Shown here: positions 26,712 to 32,000 of the stretch, piece by piece
Layout: each line of letters begins with the position of its first letter
Numbering within the stretch: position 1 is the first letter of the stretch
NCBI GenBank assembly: GCA_001695645.1
Contig: LVZN01000012.1
Location: 30,001-62,000 of the forward strand
Length of the DNA: 32,000 bases
Source of the DNA: Erysipelotrichaceae bacterium MTC7
GTDB taxonomy: Bacteria > Bacillota_I > Bacilli_A > Erysipelotrichales > Erysipelotrichaceae
Reading direction: 5' to 3'
Notes under the pieces: model-generated
The model's database searches: none
What the model was told of the DNA's origin: nothing
What the model saw: only the letters and a program-made list of their open reading frames with translations
Made by a program: the position numbers and the translations under genes

Positions 26712-28073
26712 ATGAATGTTTTATCCAAGCGTGAATCGACGTCCATGACAGATGGTTCCATTTGGAAAAAAATTGTATTCTTTGCGATGCCATTGTTTTT
26801 AGGGAATACATTTCAACAATTATACAATGCAGCTGACTCGTTGATTGTTGGTAATTTTTTAGGGTCAAGTGCACTTGCTGCGGTGAGCTCTTCAGGAAAT
26901 TTGATTTTTCTAATGGTTGGATTCTTTAATGGGATTGCCATGGGTGCAGGGGTTGTTATTGCTCGCTATTTTGGGGCAAAAGATTATGAAAATATGTCAA
27001 AAGCCATTCATACAACGATTGCTTTTGGTTTGGTTGCTGGCGTGCTTCTAACAATCATCGGAACATGGTTGGCTCCAATTATGTTGGATTTGATGGGGAC
27101 TCCAGAAAACGTTATGCCGCAAAGTATTGAATACTTTCGTATTTACTTTATTGGTTCACTGGGGCTAGTGATGTACAACATCTTTGTTGGTATTTTACAA
27201 GCGATTGGAGATAGCAAACATCCACTGTATTATTTGATTGTTTCATCTTTGATTAATGTGGTCTTGGATCTGTTTTTTATTGGTGTACTAGGCATGGGAG
27301 TTGGTAGTGCAGCGATTGCGACGATCATTGCACAGTTTGTTAGTGCCATCTTATGTTTAACGCGCTTGCTTCGTACCGATGATGTATATAAAGTAACGCT
27401 TCGTCATGTGCGTTTTCATAAAGACTCATTTAAGCTGATAATTGATTATGGTTTGCCATCAGGTTTTCAAAACTCGATTATTGCAATTGCAAATGTTGTT
27501 GTACAATCCAACATCAACTTCTTCGGTGAAAATGCAATGGCAGGATGTGGAGCATTCTCGCGTATTGAAGGATTTGCCTTTTTACCGATTTCTAGTTTTA
27601 CAATGGCACTTACAACATTCGTGGGGCAAAATCTTGGTGCTGAGAATTATGAACGAACAAAAAAAGGTGCACGTTTTGGGATGATTTGTTCTGTTGTGCT
27701 AGCAGAGATTATCGGATTGTTAGTCTTTGTGTTTGCACCGATGTTAATCAGTTTGTTTAATAGTGAACCAGAGGTAGTAGCCTTTGGAACCGATCGCGCA
27801 AGAACTGCGAGTTTGTTTTTCTGTTTGCTAGCTTATTCGCACTGTATATCTGCAATTTTACGTGGGGCAGGAAAGAGCTTTGTGCCAATGATTGTTATGA
27901 TGGTCTGTTGGTGTTTGATTCGTGTTAGTTTTTTAACAATCACAGGATATTTCTTTGAAAGTATTGTCAGTGTATATTGGGTATATCCCTTAACATGGGG
28001 ATTAAGCAGTCTTTGTTTCTTCGTGTATTATCACAAGATGGATTGGATGCATAGTTTTACAAAACAAGCATAA
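26712..28073 (+). CDS. MATE-family multidrug/toxic-compound efflux transporter, 453 aa
   Basis: 12-TM profile with a typical MATE N-terminus: IWKKIVFFAMPLFLGNTFQQLYNAADSLIVGNFLG. The internal repeat of the two 6-TM halves is visible (DYGLPSGFQNSIIAIANVVVQS). Confidence 0.9.
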   Translation: MNVLSKRESTSMTDGSIWKKIVFFAMPLFLGNTFQQLYNAADSLIVGNFLGSSALAAVSSSGNLIFLMVGFFNGIAMGAGVVIARYFGAKDYENMSKAIHTTIAFGLVAGVLLTIIGTWLAPIMLDLMGTPENVMPQSIEYFRIYFIGSLGLVMYNIFVGILQAIGDSKHPLYYLIVSSLINVVLDLFFIGVLGMGVGSAAIATIIAQFVSAILCLTRLLRTDDVYKVTLRHVRFHKDSFKLIIDYGLPSGFQNSIIAIANVVVQSNINFFGENAMAGCGAFSRIEGFAFLPISSFTMALTTFVGQNLGAENYERTKKGARFGMICSVVLAEIIGLLVFVFAPMLISLFNSEPEVVAFGTDRARTASLFFCLLAYSHCISAILRGAGKSFVPMIVMMVCWCLIRVSFLTITGYFFESIVSVYWVYPLTWGLSSLCFFVYYHKMDWMHSFTKQA

Positions 28074-28167
28074 TTTCTTGAATTGTTGTAAAGGACTAGA
28101 AACGTATGCAAATCGTGTTATACTAAAATTAAAGAATGAGAAAGCATTTTGAAAAGGAGGTATAATC

Positions 28168-28584
28168 ATGCAAATTTCAAAAGATGAGCTACTCAAAGCA
28201 TTTTGTGAGATCGACGATGTTGAAAATATGTACTATAACACGGATGATGAAACGATTATGATTGATGATGGTGATGGGCTCTTTTACGATGATGAGGTGT
28301 ATACAGTAGAAGATTTTGTGAATCAATATGGAGATGTTTTGATTCCACTTCCAAGTGCTCGTGAAATGAATGAAGCAAGCGTCGCTCGTGCATTTATCAA
28401 ACAAGAACACGATGAAAAAAATCGCCAAATGTTAGTTGATGCATATAACAACGGTGGATTGACTGGATTTTTATCAAAGTTACATGAATACAAAATGCAA
28501 AACTTATATCTTGAATTCAAGCAACAAATTCAAAAAGACGAAGCGGTTGAGTGGGCAAAAGACAACGACATCGACGTAATTTAA
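28168..28584 (+). CDS. Small acidic hypothetical protein, UPF0158-like, 138 aa
   Basis: Strong SD aaaggagg and its own terminator. D/E-rich N-terminal half. The C-terminal half (LIPLPS...FI...RQML.DAYNNGG..GF...L.......EF.....E.AVEWAKDNDI) resembles the UPF0158 pattern as I remember it. The family call is tentative. Confidence 0.45.
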   Translation: MQISKDELLKAFCEIDDVENMYYNTDDETIMIDDGDGLFYDDEVYTVEDFVNQYGDVLIPLPSAREMNEASVARAFIKQEHDEKNRQMLVDAYNNGGLTGFLSKLHEYKMQNLYLEFKQQIQKDEAVEWAKDNDIDVI

Positions 28585-28587
28585 TAA

Positions 28588-28617
28588 GTTCACATCGTTA
28601 AGATGTTGAACTTTTTT
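28588..28617 (+). terminator. Rho-independent terminator after the UPF0158-like gene
   Basis: gttcacatc/gatgttgaac stem (one bulged U), 5-nt loop, T6. Confidence 0.65.
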
Positions 28618-28655
28618 ATAAAAGATAAGAAAGAAAATAGAGATGAGGGAAACAA

Positions 28656-29831
28656 ATGAAGCGTACATCAAAAAACAAGCAACAGGAAATATTTGAAGAG
28701 GCTGTTGGCTTTTATGAACACGGGTTAGTTACATTTAAAGGTCAAAAAGAAGGTGTTCTTCATTTTGAAGTAGATGGAAAGCAAGTGGTGATTCATGCAG
28801 AAACCGAAGAGGTTTTGCACTGCGATTGTAAGGACTGTACACCGTATGCAGATTGTGTACATGCAGTAGCCGCACTTATGTATTTAGGTGAATTGCAGGC
28901 CGAGGATGAAGAGGAAGAAGATCAAGAATTCGTTGATCCTGAGATTATTGATTTGGTTGATGAAACGGACTATGAATTTGTGAAACAATTTGCTTGTGCT
29001 ATCTTGCATGACAGTCCAGAGCTATTAGAAATGTTTAAACAAATGCGAGCAGAACGTGATGAACAACTGGAAGATATCGCTGGAACTAGTTTTATGCATA
29101 CGCTACGAGTCTTGTTTGCTCGTTACAGTAATATGGATAATGGATATTACAATGTCGATGGTTTATTGGATGATCTTGATGCAATTGTGGATGAAGAAGC
29201 AAGAGATTTACAAACAGAAGAACAAATGATTTCAATTTTGGATATGATGAGTGTCGTGCACATCTATTTACAAGCTTTAGATGAAAACTACATGGAACGA
29301 ATCAATATGTCGTATAACCATATGTTAGATTATGTTAGAAAGTTCTCACGTAAACTCAAAGGTGAAGACAAAGACCAATTGTTTGCACAACTCAAAGAGA
29401 TTGTTTCTGAGTATATGTTTGGAGCTTATACCCATCTAGCAGAAGATGTATTTGTGGAAGAATTTTCAGAAGCAAAATACTTAGAAGATAAAATAGATGT
29501 ATGTTATGAAAAATTAAATGAGCGAAACTTCTTGGATGATGGGGAAATGAGTGATTTACTCTATTCTAGATGGATGAGTAGTATTGTTACATTATTCTTA
29601 CAGGCTGGTCATTCCTTAGAGTATATAAAGGACCGGATTGAAGATGAATATGATGAAGTTGCTGCTAGAGCCATTTTAATTGAAGTGGGAAAATATCAAA
29701 AAGAGTATACATTTGTAAGAGAAGTATTAAATGATTCAATGAAACTAGATCAAGCACATCCGTATTTGGTCAAAAAATACGAAAAAGAATTGGTGAAGAT
29801 TAAAAAAATGACAGAGACACATTTGAATTAA
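28656..29831 (+). CDS. SWIM zinc-finger protein with acidic linker and a C-terminal all-helical domain of unknown function, 391 aa
   Basis: SWIM CxCx8CxH: LHCDCKDCTPYADCVHAVAALMYL, preceded by beta-strand-like FEVDGKQVVIH. An EDEEEEDQE linker follows, then about 290 aa of helical sequence with no motif I recognise. Confidence 0.75.
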   Translation: MKRTSKNKQQEIFEEAVGFYEHGLVTFKGQKEGVLHFEVDGKQVVIHAETEEVLHCDCKDCTPYADCVHAVAALMYLGELQAEDEEEEDQEFVDPEIIDLVDETDYEFVKQFACAILHDSPELLEMFKQMRAERDEQLEDIAGTSFMHTLRVLFARYSNMDNGYYNVDGLLDDLDAIVDEEARDLQTEEQMISILDMMSVVHIYLQALDENYMERINMSYNHMLDYVRKFSRKLKGEDKDQLFAQLKEIVSEYMFGAYTHLAEDVFVEEFSEAKYLEDKIDVCYEKLNERNFLDDGEMSDLLYSRWMSSIVTLFLQAGHSLEYIKDRIEDEYDEVAARAILIEVGKYQKEYTFVREVLNDSMKLDQAHPYLVKKYEKELVKIKKMTETHLN

Positions 29832-29860
29832 GAGTGATAGGAAGTTAAGAGGAAACTGCA

Positions 29861-30367
29861 ATGATTACAGAGAAGTTAGAGTTGGATGGGTATGAAATTT
29901 TTCAGGGTAAAAATGTCTTATTAACCGCTGGAGTTAGTAACCACTTTAATATGATGACCATTAGTTGGGGTACAGTGGGGATTGTTTGGAATAAAAAGGT
30001 TGCAACCACGTATGTAAGAAGAAATCGTTACACGCACAGTTTTATGTTAGCAAATGATTACTTCACGATCAGTACATTTTCTAGAGAGTACGATGAAGAT
30101 TTGATGTATTTAGGACAAGTATCAGGGAAAGATGAAGACAAGCTTGCTCATACCTCTTTGCATGCTTATGCATATAAAGAAGGTGTCATGGTTTATGAGG
30201 AGGCGGAATTAACCTTAATTTGTAGAAAGATTCATTATCAAGACTTACAAATTGCAAATCATGAGATTTACAATGCATTTTATGAAAGTGAACCTATGCA
30301 TACAGTTATTGTTGGTGAAGTTGTCGAAGTCATTGATCATCGCAAGAAGAAGGATTCAAAGCTGTAA
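29861..30367 (+). CDS. Flavin-reductase-like (FMN-binding split-barrel) family protein, 168 aa
   Basis: SD aagagga. NMMTISWGTVGIVWNKKVATTYVRRNRYTHSFM..NDYFTIS is typical of the small clostridial flavin reductase-like family. It lies 29 nt after the SWIM gene with no terminator between them. Confidence 0.7.
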   Translation: MITEKLELDGYEIFQGKNVLLTAGVSNHFNMMTISWGTVGIVWNKKVATTYVRRNRYTHSFMLANDYFTISTFSREYDEDLMYLGQVSGKDEDKLAHTSLHAYAYKEGVMVYEEAELTLICRKIHYQDLQIANHEIYNAFYESEPMHTVIVGEVVEVIDHRKKKDSKL

Positions 30368-30427
30368 ATAACAAGCTGTTGCACTTTAAAAGATAATTGA
30401 AGTGAACAATAAATTGTAATTTAGTGC

Positions 30428-30455
30428 TTGTATTTCATAAATAAAGTGATATAAT
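30428..30455 (+). promoter_or_regulatory. Sigma-A promoter with extended -10 driving the riboswitch leader
   Basis: ttgtat (-35), 16-nt spacer, tgatataat (TGn + TATAAT, 30447-30455). Confidence 0.55.
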
Positions 30456-30477
30456 CACATCAACAATCAAATATTTT

Positions 30478-30631
30478 GATAGAGGTTGCAAACCTTAAGA
30501 ATTTGTAAGTAGAAGGCATTCATTGACTTACAACGGGCGAAGTTTTGCCGAATAAAATGGATAGGCATATGCATTTTATGGGGATATGGCGAAGAACCAT
30601 ATCACTGTTTACGTAATGTAAAAGCGCTATC
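30478..30631 (+). promoter_or_regulatory. Lysine riboswitch (L-box, Rfam RF00168 class)
   Basis: Five-helix junction readable by eye. P1 gatag/ctatc. Conserved GAUAGAGGUUGC...AAGAAUU as in B. subtilis lysC (GAUAGAGGUGCG..AAGAGUA). P2 gcaaac/guuuugc and uuguaagu/acuuacaa. Conserved GCCGAA. P3 auaaaaug/cauuuuau. P4 gauaugg/ccauauc. Conserved CACUGU. P5 uuuac/guaaa. Confidence 0.8.
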
Positions 30632-30645
30632 TACTTTTCATATCT

Positions 30646-30683
30646 ATGGCAGTAGGACTTTGTGCTTTTACTGGCATTTTTTT
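30646..30683 (+). terminator. Riboswitch expression-platform terminator, with competing antiterminator
   Basis: 12-position stem atggcagtagga/ttttactggcat (one G.G mismatch, two G-U), 8-nt loop, T-run to 30683. gtaaaagc (30618-30625, P5/P1 side) is complementary to gcttttac (30664-30671), giving an antiterminator alternative. Confidence 0.7.
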
Positions 30684-30698
30684 ATGGGAGGAAATAGG

Positions 30699-32000
30699 AT
30701 GAAAAAATTTCGATTAGGAATAGTAAGTTTGTTTATGCTTGCAATGCTTGTAGGCTGTCAATCCAAGCAAGCAAGAGTGAACGATGACAATACATTTGTT
30801 GTAGGAATGGAGTGTAACTATACACCATTCAACTGGCAAACGATGGATGCATCTGATACAGCGGTATCCATTGGTGGTGCTGGATACTGTGATGGTTATG
30901 ATGTCATGATTGCCCAAGATCTAGCTGATCGCTTAGATCAAAAATTGGAAGTGAAAAAATTGGCTTGGGAAGGTTTACTTCCAGCACTTGAATCAGGAGA
31001 AATTGATGCCATTATTGCAGGTATGACCGCAGATGAAACACGTGAAAAAGGAATTGATTTCACAACACCTTATTATGAATCAGAAATGGTTATGATTACA
31101 CGTGCTAGTGGTGAAGAGGCTAGTTATGATGATATTCAACAGTTTGGTGGGAAGCATGTAATCGGCCAAAAAAGTACGAATTATGATACCGTGATTGATC
31201 AAATTGAAAATGTAAATCATGCAACACCAAAAGCAACCTATCCAGAAATGGTTGTTGCTTTACAAAAAATGGAAGTGGATGGAATTACGGCGGAACTTCC
31301 AGTTGCACAAGGTGTAGTTGCATCCAACCCGGATTTAACGATTGTTCATTTTGCACAAGATAAAGGATTTGACATCGATACAAGTGTTTCCATTGGTTTA
31401 AAAGAAGGAAGTCGTGGCACAGAATTCTTTGAAGAAGTGCAACAGGCACTGGATGATATTAGCGAAGATCAACGTAATAGTTATATGGATCGTGCACGTG
31501 AAAACTCACCTGAAACGGGGGAACCAACCGACGGAGTAGCGGTTAAAGACCAAGGCTTCTTCACAAAAGTCACAAATATTGCAAAACAATATTGGCCACT
31601 ATTTGCGTATGGTGTACAAATCACTTTGATTTTAGCTTTTGTGGGTACGATCTTTGGACTGTTAATTGGTTTGTTACTTGGTACTTTGCGTAGTTTTACC
31701 ATTGAAGAAAGTGATGCAAAACTTGTGAAGGTACTCAAAAGAATAGCACATGGATTTGTTGGTCTATATGTTTGGGTATTGCGTGGAACACCAATGATGG
31801 TACAAGCGTTCTTTATTTACTACTTACTAAAACCAATCGTTCACTGGAATCCACTGACTGCAGGAATGATTATTATTTCTGTAAATACTGGAGCTTATAT
31901 GGCTGAAATTATTCGCGCAGGAATCCAATCGATTGATAAAGGGCAAACGGAAGGTGCGCGAAGCATTGGGATGTCTAATTTACAAACGATGTTCTTTATC
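30699..32000 (+). CDS. Amino-acid ABC transporter, fused lipoprotein substrate-binding domain + permease (GlnP-like architecture), 3'-truncated by the window edge; probable lysine/basic amino-acid importer
   Basis: Not in the supplied ORF track (no stop within the window). My translation: MKKFRLGIVSLFMLAMLVGCQS (lipobox LVGC), then a family-3 SBP (FVVGMECNYTPFNW...LLPALESGEIDAIIAGMT...IDFTTPYY), then TM segments and the permease EAA loop IRAGIQSIDKGQTEGARSIGMS. The frame is open for all 434 codons. SD gggagg. Confidence 0.9.
   Translation, partial: MKKFRLGIVSLFMLAMLVGCQSKQARVNDDNTFVVGMECNYTPFNWQTMDASDTAVSIGGAGYCDGYDVMIAQDLADRLDQKLEVKKLAWEGLLPALESGEIDAIIAGMTADETREKGIDFTTPYYESEMVMITRASGEEASYDDIQQFGGKHVIGQKSTNYDTVIDQIENVNHATPKATYPEMVVALQKMEVDGITAELPVAQGVVASNPDLTIVHFAQDKGFDIDTSVSIGLKEGSRGTEFFEEVQQALDDISEDQRNSYMDRARENSPETGEPTDGVAVKDQGFFTKVTNIAKQYWPLFAYGVQITLILAFVGTIFGLLIGLLLGTLRSFTIEESDAKLVKVLKRIAHGFVGLYVWVLRGTPMMVQAFFIYYLLKPIVHWNPLTAGMIIISVNTGAYMAEIIRAGIQSIDKGQTEGARSIGMSNLQTMFFI

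Noticed and set aside
26304-26874. Three overlapping ORFs (97 aa plus strand; 74 and 104 aa minus strand) in the 590-bp spacer
   Set aside because: They have no SD and implausible sequences. The 104-aa ORF runs antisense into the MATE gene start. They remain only an indirect hint that something minus-stranded may be transcribed here (see finding).
30478-30690. T-box leader as an alternative explanation for the structured 5' UTR of the amino-acid transporter
   Set aside because: No T-box consensus (AAnnnGGGUGGUACCGCG-like) or specifier-loop/AG-bay arrangement is present. The five-way junction and conserved L-box strings fit a lysine riboswitch instead.
1-32000. Window-wide look for tRNA/rRNA genes, CRISPR repeats, integrases, transposases, prophage genes and toxin-antitoxin pairs
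   Set aside because: None was recognised on either strand. The evidence for horizontal acquisition is therefore limited to the tag relic and the gene-content mosaic.

Overview
AT-rich Bacillota-type chromosome segment, judged from Shine-Dalgarno-led genes, PTS systems and sortase-style anchors; the lineage cannot be fixed without a database search. Contents, left to right. (i) The 3' end of a PTS EIICB gene. (ii) A 13-kb block of three very large secreted, wall-anchored glycosidases: two paralogous GH84 beta-N-acetylglucosaminidases (O-GlcNAcase/NagJ type) and one GH32 beta-fructosidase. The two GH84 genes share a ~720-nt 3' module with a 236-nt near-identical core. (iii) A 19-codon relic of a tag gene, then a complete glv/mal-type alpha-glucoside cassette (RpiR regulator, PTS EIICB, GH4 6-phospho-alpha-glucosidase, EIIA), then an intact tag. 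(iv) The most interesting part: a WYL-domain regulator transcribed divergently from a small HIRAN-like protein and a 1085-aa SWIM-zinc-finger SNF2 helicase, with a convergent DUF2130-type coiled-coil/PD-(D/E)xK nuclease. This is a candidate, apparently uncharacterised DNA-damage-tolerance or anti-phage module resembling a split HLTF/Rad5. (v) A 590-bp non-coding spacer with an orphan minus-strand terminator, a 15-bp inverted repeat and a 10-codon leader ORF ahead of a MATE efflux gene. (vi) A UPF0158-like acidic protein, a second SWIM-finger protein and a flavin-reductase-like protein. (vii) A lysine riboswitch with terminator/antiterminator controlling a fused lipoprotein-SBP/permease amino-acid ABC transporter gene, which is absent from the supplied ORF track because it runs off the window. 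No rRNA, tRNA, CRISPR array, transposase or integrase was recognised. All family assignments come from motif reading by eye, not from searches.
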